From Haliotis rufescens (Eukaryota): a stretch of DNA of 64,000 bases. The stretch lies in NCBI RefSeq assembly GCF_023055435.1, contig NW_025963779.1, positions 84,134,001-84,198,000 on the forward strand, in the 5' to 3' direction. A program made the position numbers and the translations under genes. How positions within the stretch are numbered: position 1 is the first letter of the stretch; each line of letters starts with the position of its first letter. The notes beneath the pieces were generated by a model. The model did not search any database. It saw only the letters and a program-made list of their open reading frames with translations, and was not told where the DNA came from. Positions 42,101 to 57,100 of the stretch are shown one piece after another.

Positions 42101-45100
42101 GAAGGAACATGTGCAGAATAGATAAAACTAAATGATGACATCTAAAATTGAATGTTCTTTCACCACCTGCCCCAGTGGAAAAACAGTTGGTTACAAAACT
42201 TAACACATTATGTGAGGTTGCACGTTCGATTCCCATCATCCATAATGAAAAACTTTCATTTCTTTTCTTTCATTTTATAACATTGGACATTTGACCATGA
42301 AATCCAAATTCCATCTGGTACTCAAATCATAAGGTCTTACTTTGAAAAAGTAAAACCTCACACCTGGGCCCACTTGCACAAAGCGATCTTAGCGCTAAGA
42401 TGATCGTAACTCCCATGCTTTAACATAGGCTTACTGTAGTTGTAGCGCTAAGATCGCTTTGTGCAAGTTGGCCCTGGTCTTACTTTGAAAAAGTAAAACT
42501 TCCCAAGAGTTTATTACGAGATAGAGTGAGTGAGTGAGTGAATATTGCTTAACGCCGCATCAGCAATTTTGCAGCCCATTCGCGGCGAGTATTACGAGAT
42601 AGAAAGGTAACTACAATACAATAGGCGAAAGTGGCAGTAGGTTTATAAAGGGTTCTACAGTACAGCTGTCCATCGTCAGCCACTCTAGGGGCATCAGCAA
42701 CTCTCAGCACAAAGTTCTTGTGGCACTCCAGCTATTGTAACAGCATCTATTACTCAGGTATCTTGTCCCCACTCCATGATGATACATTCCCTGGACCCGT
42801 TCCCCACCATAGCTTTGTTTGGAAGTCACCATCTCAATCTCACGACAAAAGAAATCTTCTCGCTCATGAGAGTGATTTGATGAGTTTTAGCATTGTCTCA
42901 TTTGATGCGGGTCTCAAAACTAAGCTATGGTACCAAATAGATTTATGATATTTATCATATTGGATGGGAGATATTTGTCATAAATAATTGAGGATGCTGT
43001 TGCAACTGTTGCTGTTGCTGTTACTGTAGCGCTACAAGGGCTTATTGTCTTGTTCCACCAAACGACCTTGATGAATGTATTCAAGGCATGGGGATAGACT
43101 ATTGCAGGCAGGCTGCAACTGGGAATCAATCATTCCTGGTGGTGACCACAATTGCCATTTGAATCCAATTTTAATTCCCCAAATGGGAGCTGCAAGGGAT
43201 TATCAGGATCACTCGTCTCCAAGGGGTATCCGACATATGTGTATTCAGTCACGTTAGGAGCTGTAAGGGATTATGATGACCTCCTTGTCCACAAGGGAAG
43301 TCAGACATATTGACCATCCAATGTACATTCAGTCACGTTAGGAGCTGTAAGGGATTATGCTGACCTCCTTGTCTTCAAGGGGAGTCAGACATATCCAAGG
43401 TACTGCAAGGACATTGAGGACCACACTTTCTGCAACCGGCACCAGAGCCCGCAACAGGAACAAGAATTCTGATCCCTTAAATGTTATTTTCCTTCAGTAT
43501 TTGTTCAACACCCTGGAATGTCACAATGCCATTGTGAGGTGAGGTGAGGTGAGGTGAAATGGGGTCCAAGATTATTACACTTATATAGCGACGTGCATGC
43601 ACGCGTATGTGTGGCTGCTTGTACTAGTCCGGACTGATGCCGATTTATAGTGCTAGCCCACTGAGATACCATGCCGCAGTTTAACATGAATACCCAACTC
43701 AGACACAGTATACTGACTCCGAGCCGACCAGTCCTTGTTTTAGCCCTTTAATGCCGAGCGCCAGACAGGGTAACAACAAGTACCATCTTTTAACTTCTTT
43801 TGGTATGACGCGGCCAGGGATCGAACCCCGGACCTTCCGCTCTCCAGGCGGAGGCTCTACTTCTAGACCACGGAGGTGGTCCACAAAGCCATCACTGTTT
43901 GCTCTATCCATATGATGTCAGTACGATCAATAATATGCCTGCAGACTTTCCTTTCAATAAAAAGTTTGCTCTTTTCACATTAGACTAAAAACTACTCTGG
44001 TAGATTTTCGAAGAATTAGTAAAATATGGATAAAAGATAATCTTATCCCTGGTAACTCTTGTCATGTAAGAAAAGTGCTTATTAGAAATTGTAAAAAACA
44101 GTGAATATGGTACATTACAATCCAAGTTTCATAAGACTTTTTGTGGAGTATCAAGTGATTTATCTAATCACTGGTCTCTCATAGCCAAATGACAAAGATG
44201 GAATCTATATGTGGGTAATCTAATCAGCTGCACACCCTAATGCCATAACCATCAAGGCCAATTCAATTGTGCTATCTATATTTAGTTGTTCAGCTAATCA
44301 TGTGTACCAGACTAATGGTCGTCAGTGATTTTGACTGTGATATATTTATGATGAACTTGACATTTTTGGAAAATTCCAAGGTGAACTCTGCACTTGTTTT
44401 GTTATGGTTAATACATAATCCTGAAATAACTCAGATCATCTGCATTCTCTCGACAGTCAATAATTGCCATTGAAATTTGGGATAAAGAAAGTCATATTAG
44501 CTGTAAGAAGAAACACAACTTGATGTGCTGTGATTAAGAAAATATAAATGTGCCTTTACATAGATGAGTTTTGGAGCAGTGAACAAAAGGAGGGAAACCT
44601 TGTGCACTTTGAAACAAAGATATATTTGGTGAAAACAGAGAGAATGGGTATGATACTGACAAACCAAGGTTCATAGTACTGACAAACCAAGGTTCATGGT
44701 ACTGACAAACCAAGGTTCATGGTACTGACAAACCAAGGTTCATGGTACTGACAAACCAAGGTACATGTACTGACAAACCAAGGTACATGGTACTGACAAA
44801 CCAAGGTCCATGTACAGACAAACCAAGGTTCGTGGTACTGACAAACCAAGGTTCTTGGTACTGACAAACCAAGGTTCATGGTACAGACAAACCAAGGTTC
44901 ATGGTACTGACAAACCAAGGTACATGTACTGACAAATCGAGCTACATGTACTGACAAACTAAGGTACATGTACTGACAAACCAAGGTACATGTACTGACA
45001 AACCAAGGTATATGTACTGACAAACCAAGGTACATGTACTGACAAACCAAGGTTTCTGGTACTGAAAAACCAAGTTTCTTGTACAGACAAACCAAGGTTC

Positions 45101-48100
45101 ATGGTACAGACAAACCAAGGTTCATGGTACAGACAAACCAAGGTACAAGTACTGACAAACCAAGGTTCGTGGTACTGACAAACCAAGGTACAAGTACTGA
45201 CAAAGCAAGGTACATGTACAGACAAACCAAGGTTCATGTACAGACAAACCAAGGTTCATGTACAGACAAACCAAGGTACAAGTACTGACAAACCAAGGTA
45301 CATGTACAGACCAACCAAGGTTCATGTACAGACAAACCAAGGTTCATGTACAGACAAACCAAGGTTCATGTACAGACAAACCAAGGTACAAGTACTGACA
45401 AACCAAGGTACATGTACAGACAAACCAAGGTTCAGATACAGACAAACCAAGGTACAAGTACTGACAAACCAAGGTACATGTACAGACAAACCAAGGTTCG
45501 TGGTACTGACAAACCAAGGTACAAGTACTGACAAACCAAGGTTCATGGTACTGACAAACCAAGGTACATGTACAGACAAACCAAGGTTCATGTACAGACA
45601 AACCAAGGTACATGTACTGACAAACCAAGGTTCATGGTACAGACAAACCATGGTACATGTACAGACAAACCAAGGTTCGTGGTACTGACAAACCAAGGTA
45701 CAAGTACTGACAAACCAAGGTACATGTACAGACAAACCAAGGTTCAGATACAGACAAACCAAGGTACAAGTACTGACAAACCAAGGTACATGTACAGACA
45801 AACCAAGGTTCGTGGTACTGACAAACCAAGGTACAAGTACTGACAAACCAAGGTTCATGGTACTGACAAACCAAGGTACATGTACAGACAAACCAAGGTT
45901 CATGTACAGACAAACCAAGGTACATGTACTGACAAACCAAGGTTCATGGTACAGACAAACCATGGTACATGTACAGACAAACCAAGGTTCGTGGTACTGA
46001 CAAACCAAGGTTCATGTACTGACAAACCAAGGTACATGTACAGACAAACCAAGGTTCATGTACAGACTGACAAACCAAGGTTCATGGTACAGACAAACCA
46101 AGGTTCATGGTACAGACAAACTAAGGTACATGTACAGATAAACCAAGGTACATGTACAGACAAACCAAGGTTCATGTACAGACAAACCAAGGTACATGTA
46201 CAAACAAACCAAGGTACATGTACAGACAAACCAAGGTTCATGTACAGACAAACCAAGGTTCATGTACAGACAAACCAAGGTACATGTACAAACAAACCAA
46301 GGTACATGTACTGACAAACCAAGGTTCTTGTACAGACAAACCAAGGTTCGTGGTACAGACATGATTTTTTCAGATGACAGATTAACTAATGTCATACAAA
46401 AATTTGGTAGTTCCTCAACTTCTCATGATTTGCTCAGTCGTACATATAGAAAAGTATGACATCTTAGTGCTACATTAGTACATTACTGAGACACAAATTG
46501 TGTGCAAATTTGAAAATCAGTAAGAGAAAACAATAACATGCAAATAACATGAAAGCTACAATGTGATTGGTCTTTCTTCATTGTTGTTAAACTCAATGAT
46601 CACTGCAGGACCTGGTGCAGGACCTCAGCATCAAACAATAGCTATTTTAACCTCTGAATAAAATATACTCACAGCAACAAAGTCATTGTTTCTGAGTCGT
46701 ATGATGTCGCCCACAACAACGGTGTGCCATCGTGCCGATACGATTTTGCCATCTCGCAATACATCTGACTTCCTGTTGTTTACCTGTGCATCGCTCCGAT
46801 GACGTTTCTACAGAAGAAAGATCCTACATCAAGAAACTAGAAATGAATGTTACACACAAATTACTGCCAGGAAAGCCATGTCACTTAAGGATATATGATA
46901 AAGAAACTAAAAGCTTTATTGTAATTACAGTCTAGAAATCAATGTTCTTACTCCACAACTTTTTCAAACAGTAATGATAAAATAGAGAAAATAACATTAA
47001 CTCTGTATCAATTAGACACACCGTTATTCATTATTATTATTCATTATTATTATTCATCCATAATATTACAAATTAATGAATGAAATATATGAGTTTTAAT
47101 ATTTTTTAACAGGAAATGGGTCAAGAATGTTCATAATTAATAAATTCTTTCTCAATCCTCAACCAATTTATCAAATAATGTCTTTCTGCTAAGCTTTCAA
47201 GCATTGACTTGGATATCAGAAGGTTGATAGCATAATCCTCACAACTAATTCACATTTAATAATAATCGACATTTTCAATGGCCATCGCTCTGTATCTGAC
47301 AGTGAAAGTCCCACTGTAACGCTGAAACAAGCCTGGGATCTCCGGACGAAGCCAACATCATCCATGTAGTCATTCTATTTGCATATAAATTACACAAACT
47401 GCAAAAACAGGCACCTTCAGACTTTTGGGTAATACAGAGAGCTCAACAAGTTGTACAAGTCGATGCCAACAATGAAAATCAGATTAATGTTTGATACTCA
47501 TTCTTTCCGAGTTTAATTCTTTCCGACATCTGTAAAATTGCGCAGCTACGTTAACATGCAATGTGTCTTTATTGTTTAATTGTGAAACTGCCACACATTT
47601 CTGCGCACATTGCTATCATAGATTTATAGACTGTGTTGATAAAAGATCCTGTCTTGACACAGAGAACAACCATGTATATCCCTACAGACCTCCACTCAAG
47701 CCTCACCATGTATAACCTACAGACCTCCACTCAAGTGGCATTTATGTATATCCCTACACACCTCCACTGAAGTCCCACTTATGTATAACCCTACAGACCT
47801 CTACTCAAGTCCCACTTATGTATAACCCTACAGACCTTCACTCAAGTCCCACTTATGTATAACCCTACAGACCTCCACTCAAGTACCACTTATGTATAAC
47901 CCTACAGACCTTCACTCAAGTCCCACTTATATATAACCCTACAGACCTCCACTAAGTCCCACTTATGTATAACCCTACAGACCTCCACTCAAGTCCCAAA
48001 TATGTATAACCCTACAGACCTCCACTCAAGTACCACTTATGTATAACCCTACACACCTCCACTCAAGTCCCACTTATGTATAACCCTACAGACCTCCACT

Positions 48101-51100
48101 AAGTCCCACTTATGTATAACCCTACAGACCTCCACTAAGTCCCACCTATGTATAACCCTACAGACCTCCACTCAAGTACCACTTATGTATAACCCTACAG
48201 ACCTCCACTCAAGTCCCACTTATGTATAACCCTACAGACCTCCACTAAGTCCCACCTATGTATAACCCTACAGACCTCCACTCAAGTACCACTTATGTAT
48301 AACCCTACAGACCTCCACTCAAGTCCCTTATATGTATAACCCTACAGACCTCCACTAAGTCCCACTTATGTATAACCCTACAGACCTCCACTCAAGTACC
48401 ACTTATGTATTACCTTACAGACCTCCACTCAAATCCCATTTATATATAACCCTACAGACCTCCACTCAAATACCACTTATGTATAACCCTACAGACCTCC
48501 ACTCAAGTCCCACCCAACCGCTTCTATTGAGCTTCAGAGAAATTCTGTTGTTAGCTACCACAGACCAGATATCTCACATGAAACCTGGTCTAAGGACTGA
48601 AGACCAACACTGGAAATAAAAATCTAAACAGAGATCTGATTCTCAGAATCAAAATTAAGTCTCAATGAAATAGGAGCCAACATTCTATTTTCAAAATAAT
48701 CCTCAACTTATATAGTTACTTTTATAAGAACAAAATATATATGACTGTTTTGAACAAGCTTGATTGACAAATGGCATTTACTTTTCTTGCAAAAAGAACT
48801 TGGCATTTTATCTGAGTTCCATGAATCAATATATGAAAATGTGAAATATTACATATTTAAATGAGACAGGTAATGTCAATTAATGATCAGTAAAGACTAC
48901 ACATGTTAGCATGACGTTTTGCAAACAGGTAATATCATCAGTGAAACTATGAAGTAAAGTTACTAGCTGCTACTGTTCCAGGCCTTGTATTGCATGAAGG
49001 AGAGTGCAGTATTTGTATATCAGGCGTATATTGCTTATTGCATGGTCAGCTATAGCCAAAGCATATCATTTAGATAGTGACTTTCAATTGGATAAGGAGG
49101 CTGGTGAGGGGTCATGAGAAAATGGAAGAGTAGATTAACTCTGAAAGTCTCAGCAAATACTGGCACTACTAAGGGACACAACTGTGCATGGTCATTCTTG
49201 ATTAAAGATTCGTTGCCTCAACAGAGCTGAGTGTTCTGTGCTGATAATCCAGTGATTGACATCATAAGCATCGATCCATGTAATTGGGATACTATGGCAA
49301 GCATGGGTTGCTGAAGACCTATTCTACCCTGGATCTTCACAGGTGCAATTTACCATTAAGATAGTTTAAAATCATTATCTAAAACAGTAACTATTAGATA
49401 TAAAAAACAAAAATGGAAATTCATTTGGAAACATCTAAAAATTTACTTAAATTTCACAAATTATGTTGGAAAAATACATATTAAATAATGAACATAATCA
49501 AATAATTATATCCTATTTTCATAAGATTTACAAAACTCCCAAACTTAGTATAATTACTCCATAATGAGTAGAGTAATGTGAAAGACATCCTCACTCCGAC
49601 AACAGGTGACATTGGGCACTTACAAAGTCATCGACAGCATCCTTAATGGCGGTGACTATAAGCACAACGACGAGCGGTATGACCGTGGTGAGGGGAGTGA
49701 GGGACGAGACCACGGGCATCACCTATTGATGTACACAACCCACACTGTATAGCAACTGCCTCTCACCAACACAAGGGAAGCAAAACTTGGTCCGCAGTCG
49801 CAAATTAAGTCTCCTGGCAGGATGAAAGATTTTCAACATGGAAAAGAGAGATGCACACACAGCGAAGCATAAAGCAACTGTCATCTGATCTCAGAAGACT
49901 ATGGGGATGCAGAGCAATTTCACGTACAAAAGATGTACACACGAAAATTGGAAGTGTACAGACAAATATATGTATTCCTGCCTTTTCCAGTGCAGCCATG
50001 TTACCCTGTTCTTGCCCCTACTCCTTTGTTTCTTGATTATCATTTTCAACCATTCTTTTTGAAGCAGGTGTATTTTCCTATGCATGTTTCAATAAGCCAA
50101 ACTTTCAATTCAGACACTGATACATTAATGTGTGGCCAGCGCCAGGCTGTTCTTTAAGCAACATCTCTCTTTTCTAACAAAACAGATTCCCAGCTCCCTT
50201 GAATAAAAAAAAGAATGAAACAAGAAGTTGCCAGGGATAGCCACCATTGTGACATTCTCACTGAAAGCTGTGAAAGATTCCTGCCAGACAATGTTTTCCT
50301 CCATACAGCCTTCTCACTGTCACAGTGCAACGTACACAATCTATTTCCTACTTACACAATTGATTTTTTAAAGATGCTTACAGTGAGTACTGGCAATTGA
50401 TCAAACTGATTTTTTTTAACTGATGGGACTTTCTTTCAGAGATTTGTCTACGTCAAATTGGTGGGACTGTCTTGTTATGCTAATCCTTGTGGTTCAAGGG
50501 ACAGCTTTTAAAAAAAAAAAAGCCTGAAGGTCTGTCATATTGGGTTGGTTGGTTGGTTGGTTGGTTGGTTGGTTTGTTGTTTTACGCCGCACTCAGCAAT
50601 ATTCCAGCTATATGACGTAAATCCTTCTGTAAATAATCGAGTCTGGACCAGACAATCCAGTGATTAATATCAGGAGCATCGATCCACGCAATTGGGATCT
50701 ATGACATGCATCAACCAAGTCAACGAGCCTGACCATCCGATCATGTTAGTCGCCTTTTACGACAAGCATAGTCGCCTTTTACGGCAAGCATGGGTTGATG
50801 AAGACCTATTCTACCCCGGATCTTCACGGGTTATGTCTGTCATATTGGGGCAATGTGGACCTCATATTTTTTTATTTTTTTATGTTTTTGTTTGTTTGTT
50901 TGTTGTTAAATGCTGCACTCAGCAATAATCCATCTGTACGACTGCAGTTTATTAATAATCAAGTCTGGGCCGGACAGTTCAGTGATTGGCACCATGAGCA
51001 ATTGAGCATCATCCAAGTCAGCAAGCCTGAGCACCCGATCCCGTTAGTCACCTCTTACGACAAGCAGGGAAGGCGAATTCTAATCCAGATCTTCATGGGT

Positions 51101-54100
51101 CAAGTCAAGTAATCCAGTAAAGGACTTGGTTCACTTGACTGCAGTATTGTACTGCACCAACAGCTTGAATTGGCTCTCCCACATCTCCCCTACCCTGGGT
51201 AGAAGAGCATGCATAGGCCAGAATGGGGCGTGTAATGTTGTTCATTATATGACGAACAGCGGGGCCTGGAGTTGGGGTCATGGTGTTTGTGGTATGACTG
51301 GCAATGGGGCCTGGAGTTGGGGTCATGGTGTTTGTGGTATGACTGGCAATGGGGCCTGGAGTTGGGGGTCATGGTGTTTGTGGTATGACTGGCAATGGGG
51401 CCTGGAGTTGGAGGTCATGGTGTTTGTGGTATGACTGGCAATGGGGCCTGGAGTTGGGGTCATGGTGTTTGTGCTATGACTGGCAATGGGGCCTGGAGTT
51501 GGAGGTCATGGTGTTTGTGGTATGACTGGCATTAGGGTCTGTCACATGGGGCCATGGTGTTCATGGTATGACTGGCAATGGGCCTGTTATTTTGGCCATG
51601 GTGTTCATGGTATGACTGGCAATGGGCCTGTTATTTTGGCCATGGTGTTCATGGTATGACTGGCAATGGGCCTGTTATTTTGGCCATGGTATTCATGGTA
51701 TGACTGGCAATGGGCCTGGAGTTGGGGCCATGGTATGACTGGCAATGGGCCTGTTATTTTGGCCATGGCTTTTCATGGTATGACTGGCAATGGGCCTGGA
51801 GTTGGGGCCATGGTCTTCATGGTATGACTGGCAATGGGCCTGTTATTTTGGCCATGGTGTTCATGGTATGACTGGCAATGGGCCTGGAGTTGGGGCCATG
51901 GTGTTCATGGTATGACTGGCAATGGGCCTGGAGTTGGGGCCATGGTCTTCATGGTATGACTGGCAATGGGCCTGTTATTGGGGCCATGGTCTTCGTGGTA
52001 TGACTGCCAATGGGCCTGGAGTTGGGGCCAAGTTGGTCCTTATATGACTGGCAAATCAACTAACGCCATGAAGAAACTAGGCTTCTAGGAGAATGATGGC
52101 AATGTGCCATGTGTTATGAAAGATTGAATGTCAGCATCTCTAGAAGACTAGTCACAATGGTAGCTATATGGCACAATGACACACAGTGGATTTGACCCAC
52201 TTGTTGTTAAAGCATGAAACTTCGCTGAAAGAGATGCTGTCAAAGAATTAATTAGCAATCCCAACAAAAGATCAAATTCATGTCTCACCCTTCTTCTCAT
52301 CTTTTATACAAGATGAGTTGTGTGCACATGGTACATCTAAACATGGGTCTACTAAACCTGTTAAATCTAATGTGGTAACTTTATAGAGGTTCATTATCCA
52401 TGAAAAAAGACCTTAAACCTGGAACTCTTTAAATCCATATTTGGAACAAAGTTCTTTAGATACTATTATCAGACAATATGCCTGATAATAAAAGCAAATA
52501 AAAAAATTCAACGCAATTGTTCCAGTGAATGGCAGATTGTTGATTTTACAAAAGTATATGTTTCAAAGTGCACACTGAAGGTTTACTGAACTCTGTGTTT
52601 GTGGTTGCATGTTTACAAACACACTGATTGTTCCACTACAACAACAGAACCGAGACATGATTTTTTTTATTGGGACATAAACACAAAAAAACAAAACCAT
52701 AGCATAACTCCCTCATGCTCCTGTGCATGATGCAACTCGGGAAAGGACGAGCTGTCGTCATCTCAACAAAATGGTGTGATCCAAAGCAAAACTTTCCCCC
52801 AGAATCAAATTCCAGGACATGATGTATAGGTCTGACACATGGTCATGCAACTTGGCATCATCTGAACATCATTCCATAACCTAAAAATAGAATATTAAAT
52901 GAATAATTGATTCTCAATATAACAGAGTGTAAACAGACACCAGTTTTTGAGATTGGCAAAATGAATCCATCAAAATAACTCAAGGTGGACTGGGTATATG
53001 ACAGATGCAAGCAAAGCACGAAGGACATATTATAATATTGCAGGCTCCAAGTGCAGTAGCAGGTTATAAGCAGTGCAGGGGAGCTGGCGATGGTCAAGCC
53101 CAACCATGTGTGACTTACGAAATCATCGATTGCATCCTTGATGGCCGACACCGTGAGCACGAACACCAATGGAATGATGGTGGTCACAGGACTAAGTGAT
53201 GTTACAGCTGGAATAAACTATTAAAGGCAACATGGTAAACATTGGCACATGCTGGTTCATACAAGCATTGGCACATGCTGGTTCATACAAAGATTGGCAC
53301 ACAATCGTTCATAAAGACATTGGTACACACTGGTTCATACAAACATTGGTACAAACTGGTTCATACAAACATTGGTACACACTGGTTCATACAAACATTT
53401 GCACATGCTGGTTCATACAAACATTGGCACACACTGGTTCATACAAACATTGGCACACACTGGTTCATACAAAGATTGGCACACAATCGTTCTTAAAGAC
53501 ATTGGTACACACAGGTTCATACAAACATTGGTACACACTGGTTCATACAAACATCGGCACACACTGGATCATACAAACATTGGCACACACTGGATCATAC
53601 AAACACTGTCACACACTGGATCATACAAACACTGTCACACACTGGTTCATACAAACACTGGCACACGCTGGATCATACAAACATTGGCATACACTGATTC
53701 ATAAAAACACTGGCACACACTGGATCATAAAAACACTGGCACACACTGGATCATACAAACACTGGCACACACTGGTTCATACAAACATTGGAACACACTG
53801 GTTCATACAAACATTGTCACACACTGGATCATACAAACATTGGCACATGCTGGTTCATACAAACATTGGCACACACTGGTTCATACAAACACTGGCACAC
53901 ACTGGTTCATACAAACATTGTCACACACTGGATCATACAAACATTGGCACAGACTGGTTCATACAAACACTGGCACACTGGTTCATACAAACATTGTCAC
54001 ACACTGATTCATAAAAACATTGGCACACACTGGATCATACAAACATTGTTACACACTGGAACATACAAACACTGTCACACACTGGTTCATACAAACACTG

Positions 54101-57100
54101 GCACACGCTGGATCATACAAACATTGGCATACACTGATTCATAAAAACACTGTCACACACTGATTCATAAAAACATTGGCACAGGCTGGATCATACAAAC
54201 ACTGGCACACGCTGGATCATACAAACATTGGTACACACTTGTTCATACAAACATTGGTACACGCTGGTTCATACAAACATTGGTACACACTGGTTCATAC
54301 AAACATTGGCACACACTGGATCATACAAACATTGGCACACACTGGATCATACAAACATTGGCACACACTGGATCATAAAAACACTGGCACACACTGGATC
54401 ATACAAACACTGGCACACACTGGTTCATACAAACATTGGCACACACTGGTTCATACAAACACTGGCACACACTGGTTCATACAAACATTGGCACACACTG
54501 GATCATACAAACATTGGCACAGACTGGTTCATACGAACACTGGCACACTGGTTCATACAAACATTGTCACACACTGGATGATACAAAACATTGTCACACA
54601 CTGATTCATAAAAACATTGTCACACACTGGATCATACAAACATTGTTACACACTGGATCATACAAACACTGGCACACACTGGTTCATACAAACATTGGCA
54701 TACACTGATTCATAAAAACATTGTCACCCACTGATTCATAAAAACATTGTTACACACTGGATCATACAAACACTGGCACACACTGGTTCATACAAACATT
54801 GGCATACACTGATTCATAAAAACATTGTCACCCACTGATTCATAAAAACATTGGCACACACTGGATCATAAAAACACTGGCATACACTGATTCATAAAAA
54901 CATTGTCACCCACTGATTCATAAAAACATTGTTACACACTGGATCATACAAACACTGGCACACACTGGTTCATACAAACATTGGCATACACTGATTCATA
55001 AAAACATTGTCACCCACTGATTCATAAAAACATTGGCACACACTGGATCATAAAAACACTGGCACACGCTGGATCATACAAACATTGGCACACACTTGTT
55101 CATACAAACATTGTCACACACCGGTTCATACAAACACTGGCACACACTGATTCATAAAAACATTGGCACACACTGATTCATAAAAACATTGGCACACACT
55201 GATTCATAAAAACAGAGCTACTGAAAAACAAAATATTAGTGACCTGGTTCCATGTACAAGCATACTGATTGGGTGAACATGCTGCAGTGGCATAATCACT
55301 TGTTAATAACATGCAGAAGATGCAGTGGTTTGAGTCCAGGATAACATAGTATATCACAATAACCTAAAATTTGTTATCAGACCAGTCAATCCAGTGGTTG
55401 ATAGCGTGTGGGTCTGGACCAGACAAGCCTGTGGTTGACAGCGTGTGGGTCTGGACCAGACAAGCCTGTGGTTGACAGCGTGTGGGTCTAAACCAGACAA
55501 GCCTGTGGTTGATAGTGTGTGGGTCTGAACCAGACAAGCCTGTGGTTGATAGTGTGTGGGTCTGAACCAGACAAGCCTGTGGTTGACAGCGTGTGGGTCT
55601 GGACCAGACAAGCCTGTGGTTGACAGCGTCTGGGTCTGGACCAGACAAGCCTGTGGTTGATAGTGTGTGGGTCTAAACCAGACAAGCCTGTGGTTGACAG
55701 CGTGTGGGTCTAAACCAGACAAGCCTGTGGTTGATAGTGTGTGGGTCTGAACCAGACAAGCCTGTGGTTGATAGTGTGTGGGTCTGAACCAGACAAGCCT
55801 GTGGTTGACAGCGTGTGGGTCTGGACCAGACAAGCCTGTGGTTGACAGCGTCTGGGTCTGGACCAGACAAGCCTGTGGTTGATAGTGTGTGGGTCTGGAC
55901 CAGACAAGCCTGTGGTTGACAGCGTGTGGGTCTAAACCAGACAAGCCTGTGGTTGATAGTGTGTGGGTCTGAACCAGACAAGCCTGTGGTTGATAGTGTG
56001 TGGGTCTGGACCAGACAAGCCTGTGGTTGACAGCGTGTGGGTCTAAACCAGACAAGCCTGTGGTTGATAGTGTGTGGGTCTGAACCAGACAAGCCTGTGG
56101 TTGATAGTGTGTGGGTCTGAACCAGACAAGCCTGTGGTTGACAGCGTGTGGGTCTGGACCAGACAAGCCTGTGGTTGACAGCGTCTGGGTCTGGACCAGA
56201 CAAGCCTGTGGTTGATAGTGTGTGGGTCTGGACCAGACAAGCCTGTGGTTGACAGCGTGTGGGTCTAAACCAGACAAGCCTGTGGTTGATAGTGTGTGGG
56301 TCTGAACCAGACAAGCCTGTGGTTGACAGCGTGTGGGTCTAAACCAGACAAGCCTGTGGTTGATAGTGTGTGGGTCTGAACCAGACAAGCCTGTGGTTGA
56401 CAGCGTGTGGGTCTGAACCAGACAAGCCTGTGGTCGACAGCATGTGGGTCTGGACCAGACAAGCCTGTGGTTGACAGCGTGTGGGTCTAAACCAGACAAG
56501 CCTGTGGTTGACAGCATCTGGGTCTGGACCAGACAAGCCTGTGGTTGACAGCATCTGGGTCTGGACCAGACAAGCCTGTGGTTGATAGTGTGTGGGTCTG
56601 AACCAGACAAGCCTGTGGTTGACAGCGTGTGGGTCTGGACCAGATAACCAGTGGTTGATAGTGGGTGCCCAATCACCTCCAAACTTGGCTCACAAGCTGG
56701 TCTGGGTACCCAATCACTTCCAAGCCTGGCTCACCAGCTGGTCTGGGTACTCCATCACTTCCAAACATGGCTCACCAGCTGGTCTGGGTACCCCATCACT
56801 TCCAAACATGGCTCACCAGCTGGTCTGGGTACCCAATCACTTCCAAGCCTGGCTCACCAGCTGGTCTGGGTACCCCATCACTTCCAAACATGGCTCACCA
56901 GCTGGTCTGGGTACCCCATCACTTCCAAACATGGCTCACCAACTGGTCTGGGTACCCAAGCACCTCCAAGCCTGGCTCACCAGTTCTTCTTTAGCTCAGT
57001 GAGAAGACAAGACCAGGTTAGTAGTTCCTTTGGTAAGTCACTGACACAATACTGCTATCAGACAGAACGTGCTGCAACAAGAACATGCAAGACAAAGACA

